DNA from: a virus
Taxonomy: Duplodnaviria; Caudoviricetes
Reading direction: 5' to 3' (one strand)
IMG/VR virus record: IMGVR_UViG_3300020045_002296
Coordinates: 10,974 to 74,973 of that record
DNA: 64,000 nucleotides
Shown here one piece after another: positions 29,204 through 37,759 of the stretch. How positions within the stretch are numbered: the stretch's first letter is position 1; each line of letters starts with the position of its first letter. Made by a program: the position numbers and the translations under genes. The notes under the pieces are model-generated. The model searched no databases, was not told where the DNA came from, and was given only the letters and a program-made list of their open reading frames with translations.

Positions 29204-29806
29204 GTGAATACCGTGAGTTTAGTTTGGAATAAACAAAATAACTATGAGTACACCTTAGAAGAACTCCGGTTAATTCTTGGATGTACTTCTAAGGTTGCTC
29301 AGTCATGGCTTGCGCCATTGAATGAATCCTGTATTTTAGCAGAGATCACCACAAGAGAACAAGCAGCGGCTTACTTAGCGCAACTTGGTCATGAGAGTGG
29401 TTACTTCAAGTACACTAGTGAGATATACGGACCTACAGCACAACAACTGAAGTATGAACTACCTAACTCACTAGCCAAGACCTTAGGTAACACTCAAGTT
29501 GGTGACGGCTACAAGTACAGAGGTCGTGGATTACTCCAGATTACAGGTAGAGCTAACTACAGAGCTTGTACACTGGGTTTACGCAAGTACTTCTCAGGAG
29601 TACCTGACTTCGAGACTAATCCTCATGAACTTTCTAGTGCTAAGTACGCAGCGTTAAGTGCTGGGTTATTCTGGAGAACTCACAAACTGAATGATTACGT
29701 CAATAAGTACGACTTCACGGGTTTAACCAAAAGAATCAACGGCGGTACTAACGGATTAGCTCATAGACAATCTTTGTATGTTCAAGGGTTATTGAACTTA
29801 CATTAA
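29204..29806 (+). CDS. Endolysin, glycoside hydrolase family 19
   Basis: AAYLAQLGHES..F...E; DGYKYRGRGLLQITGRANY; RINGGTNGL. Confidence 0.9.
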   Translation: MNTVSLVWNKQNNYEYTLEELRLILGCTSKVAQSWLAPLNESCILAEITTREQAAAYLAQLGHESGYFKYTSEIYGPTAQQLKYELPNSLAKTLGNTQVGDGYKYRGRGLLQITGRANYRACTLGLRKYFSGVPDFETNPHELSSAKYAALSAGLFWRTHKLNDYVNKYDFTGLTKRINGGTNGLAHRQSLYVQGLLNLH

Positions 29807-29820
29807 CAAGAAAGGAAATT

Positions 29821-30435
29821 ATGTTTGAAATAGCAAGTGGTATTTTAGCGAGTGTATTCAGTGGTGGAGCTACCGGATTAATCGGTGTAGGATTGCAGCA
29901 GTTCTTTAGCTATAAACAAAAGCAACAAGATATTGAGATCATTAAGTTAAACCTAGAGAACTCCTTACAGTTAGCTAAGATTGAAACTGAGCGAACTCTA
30001 CTGAAGTCTCAAGGCGATGCTAAGATAGCTGAGATTGTAGCCGAAGGAGCTACAGACGTAGCTAAGCAAGCTACATTACAACAGCAAGAAGAAACCCAAG
30101 TACGTTCATTTGAAGCTTCTGTAGAAAACGACTCAATGAAGTACACTCCGCTGGAAGCATTCAAGGTTGAGAACTACGCAACTAAGATCGGTACTTTGAT
30201 GCTTGCATTTGTAGATGCTATCAGAGGCATTACACGCCCTGCAATGACGTGGTACTTGTGCGGGTTGACTTCTGCTATGTTCTACTGGGCTAGTTCTCTG
30301 GCTACACAGAATGGTATCACGTTGGAGGCTACTCAAATTGTTGCTTTAATACAGCAAGTAATCTCGACAGTTTTGTATGTGTTCACAACTGCTGCTGTTT
30401 GGTGGTTCGGTTCTAGACCACAATCACAGAAGTAA
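29821..30435 (+). CDS. Putative holin-like membrane protein (3 TM)
   Basis: N-terminal TM, coiled coil, IRGITRP..TW and WWFGSR motifs; directly after the endolysin. Confidence 0.55.
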   Translation: MFEIASGILASVFSGGATGLIGVGLQQFFSYKQKQQDIEIIKLNLENSLQLAKIETERTLLKSQGDAKIAEIVAEGATDVAKQATLQQQEETQVRSFEASVENDSMKYTPLEAFKVENYATKIGTLMLAFVDAIRGITRPAMTWYLCGLTSAMFYWASSLATQNGITLEATQIVALIQQVISTVLYVFTTAAVWWFGSRPQSQK

Positions 30436-30450
30436 AATTTAACTGGCGAC

Positions 30451-30487
30451 AAGCCCCTTGGTGAAAGCCTTGGGGATTTCTTTATTT
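30451..30487 (+). terminator. Terminator ending the lysis/late operon
   Basis: CCCCTTGG-TGAAAG-CCTTGGGG followed by a T-rich tract. Confidence 0.55.
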
Positions 30488-30554
30488 GTGCTTAAATAAT
30501 TCTTGTTGAGACTGAAAGTTGTGCTAGACTACGCATCTTAAACGAAAGGACTAC

Positions 30555-30785
30555 ATGAAGTCGCAAAAGTGGTTTGATAAATTAGACGACAGGATAATGG
30601 TGCTATATCGAATGGACTCAGCAATAAAGCTTGGTCGGATGCAAGGTGAACTGTACGCTAGTCAAATGCAGAACTACTATTTAGGAATAGGTGATAAGCC
30701 TGAACCTTTAGGTGTAACACCAGAGCATAAACTACAACGTCACTTGGAACGTGAGTTCAAGCGTGAAAAGAAGAAAGTGAGATAA
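30555..30785 (+). CDS. Hypothetical protein
   Basis: AAAGGA RBS. Confidence 0.55.
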   Translation: MKSQKWFDKLDDRIMVLYRMDSAIKLGRMQGELYASQMQNYYLGIGDKPEPLGVTPEHKLQRHLEREFKREKKKVR

Positions 30786-30949
30786 ACCAAACACTAACAA
30801 AGGATAATATAAGTAAAAATTTAACTAAGCCTTACCCTGTTTCCATTCGTGGTTACAGGGTTTTCTGTTTCTGGAGTGCTATCTCTAAGAAAGTTCTGGA
30901 CTCTGGAAGAACTTGTGGTACACTTTAGACTTAACTAAAGGAAAAACGA

Positions 30950-31315
30950 ATGACACCACACCAGAAACTTAAATATCTAGCACTTATTACATTTGATTCT
31001 GAGCTTCTAGTCACAGAAAAGAATGTTGATAAACTTTTTGATCTGTACTACGATGATCTTCAAGATATTCTCTATGATATGCGCGGTGGTGATGTAGAGA
31101 CAGAACTACCATGTGAATACTCCCGTCACTACGAGTCCTACAGTGTAGCTGTTAAAACACCAGACGGCTCTTACGTAGGTTGGACATACTGGTACGGTGG
31201 TGGAAAGCACAGTGAACCAGAGGCTGAACCTTGGATGAACAAAGCTTATAATTTAAGCTGTACAGAAGAACAGAAGCTCGTTACAATCCAGACCTTCACT
31301 AAGGTAGATCAATGA
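30950..31315 (+). CDS. Hypothetical phage protein
   Basis: RBS; VGWTYWYGGGKH.EPEA..W. Confidence 0.65.
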   Translation: MTPHQKLKYLALITFDSELLVTEKNVDKLFDLYYDDLQDILYDMRGGDVETELPCEYSRHYESYSVAVKTPDGSYVGWTYWYGGGKHSEPEAEPWMNKAYNLSCTEEQKLVTIQTFTKVDQ

Positions 31316-31581
31316 AAGTCCACGAGATTAGTACACCTTCACTATACACATCAAGCTGGCGTAAGATCACACCAGTTCAGAAAGCTGAGTTTCTCAAGAG
31401 GGAGCTCCTTGGTGATGACTTCTGGATTAAGAATAAGCAAGAACTTGATCTGTGCATGAGCTTCCGTAAAGCAATCAAAGGCAAGCCAACAGAAGAACAG
31501 TTGTACTTGCTGGAAGAAAACAAATATGAAATAAAGCGCTTACGTAGGTTACTGTTTGGTGTAGAATTTCAGAATACTTAA
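31312..31581 (+). CDS. Hypothetical protein
   Basis: Overlapping start/stop with previous gene. Confidence 0.55.
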   Translation: MKVHEISTPSLYTSSWRKITPVQKAEFLKRELLGDDFWIKNKQELDLCMSFRKAIKGKPTEEQLYLLEENKYEIKRLRRLLFGVEFQNT

Positions 31582-31594
31582 AGAAAGGCATAGA

Positions 31595-31927
31595 ATGCTT
31601 GAACAAGATTTCAACAATATTATCGACTATTTGCTTAAACATAAGATTTCCATTACACTTCGGTTAGATGGAAACAATAATCGTTGGTACATTCTGAATA
31701 CGCTGATGAAAAGTGACTTAGAGATTGCTTACGAAGATGGTGAACTTTGTTATAAAGGTAGATACGACAAACAAGGAACCTGTGACGATTTAGATGGCTT
31801 ACTTCACGAAGTAAAAGGTTGTATGCACGGGCGTGATTATGCGTGTTCATATTGGATTGACCTGCTTGTACTCCACAAGAAGATTACCGTAAAAACAGAA
31901 GTAACAACCAAAACAACTTACAGTTAA
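31595..31927 (+). CDS. Hypothetical protein
   Basis: GAAAGG RBS; operonic. Confidence 0.6.
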   Translation: MLEQDFNNIIDYLLKHKISITLRLDGNNNRWYILNTLMKSDLEIAYEDGELCYKGRYDKQGTCDDLDGLLHEVKGCMHGRDYACSYWIDLLVLHKKITVKTEVTTKTTYS

Positions 31928-31934
31928 GGAACAT

Positions 31935-32345
31935 ATGACCGAACAAATACAAGAACCACTCCCAGACACAGCAGGAATGCTCCAGTTGATCTCTAAATGC
32001 TTAATCGAGGGTCAGTGCCCAAGTTTAGCTTCGCACTGCGACAGAGCCTCTAAAGAGATTCTAGAGCTACGTGCTAAGGTACTACACTTAGAGAAGATAA
32101 CAAGCAGAGTTCTTGAGGAACACTGGAAGAATGAGATGCACGATAAACTAGAAAACGAGGATTACAGACGGAATGGGCATAGCAGTAAATTCAGTAAAGT
32201 AGTACGGGAGCTTACTCTTAATGCTGCTTTATTAACTACAAACGTACAGAATACAACCTTCAGTACAACACAAGAACGAACCAACGGTGTATCACAGATT
32301 GATTGGATTACAGAGTTAGATAAAATGAAAGGTACAAGTGTATGA
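31935..32345 (+). CDS. Hypothetical protein
   Basis: AAGGA RBS; operonic. Confidence 0.55.
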   Translation: MTEQIQEPLPDTAGMLQLISKCLIEGQCPSLASHCDRASKEILELRAKVLHLEKITSRVLEEHWKNEMHDKLENEDYRRNGHSSKFSKVVRELTLNAALLTTNVQNTTFSTTQERTNGVSQIDWITELDKMKGTSV

Positions 32346-32551
32346 AACTAGATTTAGTAAAAGACCTATATGACCAGTCTGTGTATAATTGTATGTTAAA
32401 TGAGCACCCAACAAGAGCTTGGTTGTTTGAAAAAGAGCTGATTGAAGCCACAGTTAAGGAGTGCGCTAAGGTTATGTCACAAGACTTAGGTGAAGACCTG
32501 TGTAAGATTATGTTTGAACACTTGGAATTAAAGAGGCAGTATGAACTTTAA
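32342..32551 (+). CDS. Hypothetical protein
   Basis: Overlapping start/stop. Confidence 0.5.
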   Translation: MKLDLVKDLYDQSVYNCMLNEHPTRAWLFEKELIEATVKECAKVMSQDLGEDLCKIMFEHLELKRQYEL

Positions 32552-33485
32552 ACCACAACTAGCTAAAGACTACAACGAACAGAAACTGAAGTTTCCTTTG
32601 TACGTTCTTCCTAAAATTGATGGCGTTCGTATGCTTAACTTAAATGGTAAAGCCCTAGGTCGTTCATTAAAACCTCACGGGAATCTTCACACAACAGAGA
32701 AATTCTCGAAGGATTGCTTTGAGGGTCTTGACGGTGAAATGGTCTTGGGTAACAATCCAACAGCACCTAACTTATGTAGTAATACCTCTGGAGTTATCTC
32801 ACGTATCAAAGGTGAACCAGAGATGTACTGGTGGTGTTTTGATCTGCTGAACGAAGAAACGAAAGACCTTGGGTATATTGATAGATACTATGCGATGCGT
32901 CGTAAAGTGTTTGAACTACAAGAGAAAGGCTTTAAGTACATCCAGTATATTCCTATTGTTAAGGTTGACTCTCTAGAGGAACTACTTGAACTGGAACAGA
33001 AGTATCTCTCAGAAGGTTATGAAGGTGTTATCATCCGTAACGGAGCTGCTAAGTACAAACAAGGTCGAAGTAGCTCTACCAGGGCTGATTACTGGCGTAT
33101 CAAACGATTCACTGATGCAGAAGCTATCTGTACGGGATTGAACGAAGGTGATACTAACTTGAATGAAGCTAAGGTAAATGAACTTGGTCATACTGAACGG
33201 TCATCACACAAGGATAACCTCCAAAGCAATGGAGTGGTTGGTTCGTTGAGTTGTACTTTGATTGAAGACCTACTCGGTACAACAGGTGAACTTCAAGTTA
33301 AAGCTGGTACTAGCATTACGGTTTCTCCGGGTGTATTAACACTGGAAGAACGGAAGTACTACTGGGAGAATCAACAAGAGATGATTGGTAAGATTATTAA
33401 GTTCAAGAGTTTTGCTTTTGGAAACAAAGATAAACCTAGGTTCCCGACTTACTTGTCACAGCGTGTACAATCAGATATGTCTTAA
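32541..33485 (+). CDS. ATP-dependent DNA ligase
   Basis: KIDG adenylation motif, LDGE, EGYEGVIIR, OB-fold KPRFP. Confidence 0.9.
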   Translation: MNFKPQLAKDYNEQKLKFPLYVLPKIDGVRMLNLNGKALGRSLKPHGNLHTTEKFSKDCFEGLDGEMVLGNNPTAPNLCSNTSGVISRIKGEPEMYWWCFDLLNEETKDLGYIDRYYAMRRKVFELQEKGFKYIQYIPIVKVDSLEELLELEQKYLSEGYEGVIIRNGAAKYKQGRSSSTRADYWRIKRFTDAEAICTGLNEGDTNLNEAKVNELGHTERSSHKDNLQSNGVVGSLSCTLIEDLLGTTGELQVKAGTSITVSPGVLTLEERKYYWENQQEMIGKIIKFKSFAFGNKDKPRFPTYLSQRVQSDMS

Positions 33486-33500
33486 CAAAAGAGAGAATAA

Positions 33501-33698
33501 ATGTTAATTAAACACACAGCAGATGTAATGATGTACTACTATGAAGAACCCGAGCACTATGTAGTAGTTGCATACGAGGGTTCTAGGAATGTTTATCTTA
33601 ACGAGTTCACAGATAAAGAACTTGCATCAGTGGAATTTGATAAACAAGAGAGATTACACAGTAACCTAAAGAAAGATAAGAATGAACACAAACGATAA
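33501..33698 (+). CDS. Hypothetical protein
   Basis: Operonic ORF. Confidence 0.5.
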   Translation: MLIKHTADVMMYYYEEPEHYVVVAYEGSRNVYLNEFTDKELASVEFDKQERLHSNLKKDKNEHKR

Positions 33699-34086
33699 AC
33701 TAACACAAACAGATACACAAACAGATACACAAACAGATACACAAACAGATACACAAACAGATACACAAACAGATACACAAACAGATACACAAACAGATAC
33801 ACAAACAGATACACAAACAGATACACAAAGCCTAACAGCTAACCTGAAGATCAGTCATCCAGAAGTACCAAAGGTAGAACCTATTGTAGTTCTGCCAGAA
33901 GTCTCAGCAGGACTTACTTTGGAAGAATTAGCTTTGCAATGTCCGCTTACATTTCACGATGTAAAGATTCTTCTTAACGAGAGTAATACAGTACACGAAG
34001 GTTTACAGGCACTAGCAAGCTTGCAGTATGTATACGCGGATGCTATGGCTGCTGAACGGTATAAACGTAGTAAAGGTATGAAGTGA
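33682..34086 (+). CDS. Hypothetical protein with (TQTD)10 repeat
   Basis: Operonic ORF containing the VNTR. Confidence 0.6.
   Translation: MNTNDKLTQTDTQTDTQTDTQTDTQTDTQTDTQTDTQTDTQTDTQTDTQSLTANLKISHPEVPKVEPIVVLPEVSAGLTLEELALQCPLTFHDVKILLNESNTVHEGLQALASLQYVYADAMAAERYKRSKGMK
33703..33829 (+). repeat. Perfect 12-bp tandem repeat (ACACAAACAGAT), about 10.6 copies
   Basis: Direct reading: 10 full units at 33703-33822 plus 7 nt. Confidence 0.97.
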
Positions 34087-34331
34087 TGAAAGCTAAATTA
34101 ATTAAAGTAGATATTTTGTATATTGATGGTAACAAAACAGATAATACGACTTGCTTTGTGCAGTTTGATCCTGAGTACTTCGTCGGATGCTCTGTTTATA
34201 CTGACAGTATTCGTAACGGTTGCTTGTCGGTAGAACCTTATGAACAAGCGGGCAATGTTTATAAGTGTAAGTTCGATGGTGGCAAATCAGGAAGTGGTAT
34301 TGTAAGTAAAGAATGGTTCGATAAACAATAA
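34083..34331 (+). CDS. Hypothetical protein
   Basis: Operonic ORF upstream of the primase-helicase. Confidence 0.5.
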   Translation: MMKAKLIKVDILYIDGNKTDNTTCFVQFDPEYFVGCSVYTDSIRNGCLSVEPYEQAGNVYKCKFDGGKSGSGIVSKEWFDKQ

Positions 34332-34343
34332 AGGTATGAAGTA

Positions 34344-35996
34344 ATGGGATACGATGGTAAATCACTTAAAAAGGATAAAATGCAAGACTACACACCAAAA
34401 GAAACAATCAAGGATATTTCTCAATATCCTTTCGTAGCTAACAAGGAACGTAATCTACGTAAAGAAACACTAGAACGTTTCGGTGTTCGTGCTGGTGTAT
34501 CCGAGACTGATGGTAAAACTGTAGAGGCTTGGTATTATCCTAGTTATAATCAAAAGGGTAAGATTGTAGGTTACTCCAAGCAGGATGTGACTAAGACTAA
34601 AGATGAACCTTATTACTGGAGTACTGTTGGTAGCGTTAGTATCGGAAATAAGCTATTTGGTCAAGAGACTATGGAGGGTGTTAAACGCAAGCGAGTCAAC
34701 CTAGTTGTAACTGAAGGTCAAATTGATGCAATTAGCGTTTTTCAAGCACTAGTAGATAGTGTAGCTGGGACTAAGTACGAAGGTATTGAACCGTTGGTCG
34801 TTAGTATCCCTATGGGTACGTCTAATGCTGTAGAGGCTATTCTGCATAATGAGACTTACGTAAAGAGTCACGAATCTCTTACTATGTTCTTTGATGACGA
34901 TTGCTGTACCCCAGCAGAATCAAAGAAAGGTATTGTCAAAGGGCATGAAGCACGGGAAGCTGTGGCAAGTGCTCTGGTAGGTAATGGCCTGAGCTTGTTT
35001 ACTATTACTGCTGAGAACGGTAATAAAGATGCTAGTGATTACTTGCAAAAAGGTCAAGATGTAGAACTAGCTAAGTTGGTTCAGTGGAATAAACGAGCAT
35101 TCTCTGCACAGAAGATCGTTCACGTAAGCGATATTTCCTTTGAGGACTTAATTGAGAAACGTGAAGAAGGCTTGTATGTAGATTGCTTTCCGGGGTTAAT
35201 GGATAAGATTCATGGATTTCGTACCGGAGAATTAGTCCTACTTACATCACCTTCAGGGGTTGGAAAAAGTACTGTTACAAGTATTTTTGCAAGTGCATTT
35301 CTCGAAGCTAAAGAAAAAGTTGGAATGATCTATCTTGAAGAACAAAACAAAGAGACACTACAACGAATGGTTGCTGCTAAATTAAAGGTGAACTATAACA
35401 AGTTCAAGAATGATCCACTTGGTTGTGCTTCTCGTGAAGCTATTCTTGAAGCATACACATCTTTAAAGGAGAATGATCAACTGATTATGCTTGGACATTT
35501 TGGTTCCTTGCCTATCACTGAGTTGATGAGCAAAATCAAACACATGCATTTAGTAGAAGGTTGCCGTTATATTATCTGTGACCATCTTTCTGTGGTCATC
35601 AGCGGGTCTGATATTGCAAATGAACGTAAAGAACTCGATATGATTATGACTGAACTTGCAGCCTTTTGCGCAGCTAATGATGTCTGTATTATTGCAGTCT
35701 CACACATTAACCGTGGAGATGGGACGATGTTTAAGGCACCTAAAGGTAAAGAAGAAGAACCTTTTTGGGTTCGGGTAACTAAAGAGATGATGCGCGGGTC
35801 AGCAGCTCTAGAGCAACTAAGCTTTATCATTATCGGTCTTGAGCCCGAGATTTTACCTGATAGATCACGAGGGCGTGTACGGCTTACAGTACTGAAAAAC
35901 AGACCTTGGAGTTATTTAGGTGCAGCAGACGTGTTCACTGTTGATGACGATACTTGGGCTGTTATTCTTTCTGAAGCTGGTCAATCAGACTTTTAG
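34344..35996 (+). CDS. Primase-helicase (TOPRIM + SF4 helicase, T7 gp4-like)
   Basis: VVTEGQIDA, FFDDD TOPRIM motifs; Walker A TSPSGVGKST; IICDHL, AVSHINR, RGSAALEQLS, LKNR; alternative start at 34380. Confidence 0.9.
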   Translation: MGYDGKSLKKDKMQDYTPKETIKDISQYPFVANKERNLRKETLERFGVRAGVSETDGKTVEAWYYPSYNQKGKIVGYSKQDVTKTKDEPYYWSTVGSVSIGNKLFGQETMEGVKRKRVNLVVTEGQIDAISVFQALVDSVAGTKYEGIEPLVVSIPMGTSNAVEAILHNETYVKSHESLTMFFDDDCCTPAESKKGIVKGHEAREAVASALVGNGLSLFTITAENGNKDASDYLQKGQDVELAKLVQWNKRAFSAQKIVHVSDISFEDLIEKREEGLYVDCFPGLMDKIHGFRTGELVLLTSPSGVGKSTVTSIFASAFLEAKEKVGMIYLEEQNKETLQRMVAAKLKVNYNKFKNDPLGCASREAILEAYTSLKENDQLIMLGHFGSLPITELMSKIKHMHLVEGCRYIICDHLSVVISGSDIANERKELDMIMTELAAFCAANDVCIIAVSHINRGDGTMFKAPKGKEEEPFWVRVTKEMMRGSAALEQLSFIIIGLEPEILPDRSRGRVRLTVLKNRPWSYLGAADVFTVDDDTWAVILSEAGQSDF

Positions 35997-36009
35997 TATA
36001 ATTTAGAAC

Positions 36010-36038
36010 TTGTAATACCTAGTATTTTGTGGTATAAT
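36010..36038 (+). promoter_or_regulatory. Sigma70 promoter
   Basis: TTGTAA-17 nt-TATAAT with TGTG extension. Confidence 0.6.
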
Positions 36039-36062
36039 CCTATTTTAAAACAAAGGAGGATT

Positions 36063-36658
36063 ATGCCTACATATATATCAAAGAGTTGCCAAGTAAAGAA
36101 GAACTAGAGAAGGACTTCTACACACATTGTGGATTTATATATTGGAAGGACAAGGTAATCTCTCGTGGACGTAGAAGCGTCAGAGCCGGAAAGAAAATTA
36201 CAACCTACGTCGACGAGAGTAACTATCTAAGGGTTGCAATAAAAGGGACAACTTATGCTCTTAGTAGAATTGTCTATCAAATGGTTCATGGTGATTTAAC
36301 ACCTGAATTTGAGATTGACCATATAGACAGGGATATTTTAAACAACCTGCCAAGCAACCTACGTAAAGTAAGTCAAGCAGTTAATAAGCGAAACAAGCCA
36401 AGCCAGAAAAACAATTCCACAGATTTCACCGGTGTTTGTCTAAATAAGAAGTTTCACCCTAAGCCTTATGAGCATAAATTTACTGAGTATTATGTTGCCC
36501 GGTGGTACGACAATGATGGCATTCTTCATGGAAAGAACTTCAACATTCCTAAACTTGGAAAAGAGCAAGCATTTAAATTAGCCTGTGAATACCGTCTGGA
36601 AAAGATTAAAGAACTTAACGAGGCTGGCGCAGGCTACACACTAGACCACGGAGCATAA
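36063..36658 (+). pseudogene. HNH-AP2 homing endonuclease; natural ATG out of frame because of an (AT)n expansion
   Basis: AAAGGAGG RBS + ATG 36063 is 23 nt from the TTG frame; removing one AT gives MPTYIKELPSKEEL; EIDHIDRDILNN..SNL. Confidence 0.7.
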
Positions 36659-36745
36659 GAGAGTAACCCACAGGCTAACCACTTGTGGGTTTTCTTGTTT
36701 ATATGCTATAATTTGTGCATCCACAACAGCAAACCGAAAGCTCTT

Positions 36746-37108
36746 ATGACACGTATCAACTTGGTTCATCCTTCAGAACTCTCAACGAAGCATCTTGTGA
36801 GCGAGTACCGCGAGATAGTCCGTGTGTTCGCTCTCGCCAGAGCAGCCCAACACTCGATGCACCACGTAAAACAACCTGAAGTTTATACCCTCGGGACAGG
36901 TCATGTAAAATTCTTCTACAATCGCTTGCAGTTCATCTCAGATCGTTACGACAGTTTATGCGCTGAAATGCTCGCCCGTAACTTCAAGTGCAACCGTGTA
37001 CCAAAAGAGGATTTACACCAAGGTATTGAACGGAATATGTTCTTTAATTATTTACCAACAGAAGAAGCTCTGAGGATTAACCGTGAGCGTATCTTAGAGC
37101 GGAGCTAA
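36746..37108 (+). CDS. denV: Pyrimidine-dimer DNA glycosylase (T4 endonuclease V-like)
   Basis: MTRINLV.P.EL..KHL..EYREI.RVF; YTLGTGHVKFFYN; start reassigned to ATG 36746. Confidence 0.9.
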   Translation: MTRINLVHPSELSTKHLVSEYREIVRVFALARAAQHSMHHVKQPEVYTLGTGHVKFFYNRLQFISDRYDSLCAEMLARNFKCNRVPKEDLHQGIERNMFFNYLPTEEALRINRERILERS

Positions 37109-37149
37109 GTGCTGTTAAGTGTTATACTAATTAACTAATGAAAGGAAAT

Positions 37150-37720
37150 ATGAAGAAGAAAGACTATAACAGGACAGACTGGAGTATTTATTTTAAGCTG
37201 GATTCTGAAAGCCCTAGCGGGCTAAGTAGAATAAAAGAACACTGGGGCCATAAAGTAGGTGCTGTTGTTGGTAGCAAACTATACAATACAAATAAATGCC
37301 CGCACGGTTGGGAAGTAAGTCTACACAGCGTCCCTTACTATGTCCACAGAATTATATGGGTAATGACCTATGGACATATTGAGTCCAATCAGGTTATCGA
37401 CCATCTTGATGGGAATCCTTTTAATACCACTATAAGCAACTTAGCACTGAAAACGCAACAAGAGAATAACCAGAATAGGCTGAAGCAAAGTAATAACACA
37501 TCTGGATTTACAGGTATCAGTAAGTTCGATAGTGGGAGTGGTCACATGTACTATAGAGCTAGATGGCACGATTGCAGAGGTAATGCGAAATCAAAAGCGT
37601 TTCCGATTAAATTTTTTGGAGAAGAAGTTGCAAAAAAGAATGGCTATCGAGTACAGGAAAGAACAGCTTATAGCATCTAATCTTGAAGGAGCTATCTACA
37701 CAGATAGGCACGGACTCTAG
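37150..37720 (+). pseudogene. HNH-AP2 homing endonuclease with frameshift
   Basis: VHRIIW..VIDHLDGNPFN..ISNL; C-terminal AIEYRKEQ..GAIYTDRHGL lies in another frame after the A6 run at 37632-37. Confidence 0.75.
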
Positions 37721-37759
37721 TGTATACTAGAGTAATATTTCATACTGACTAAGGAAAAA

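Noticed and set aside
33593-33826. Minus-strand ORF of (YLFV)n, and the idea that the repeat is a CRISPR array
   Set aside because: It is the antisense shadow of the 12-bp VNTR; there are no spacers and no cas genes
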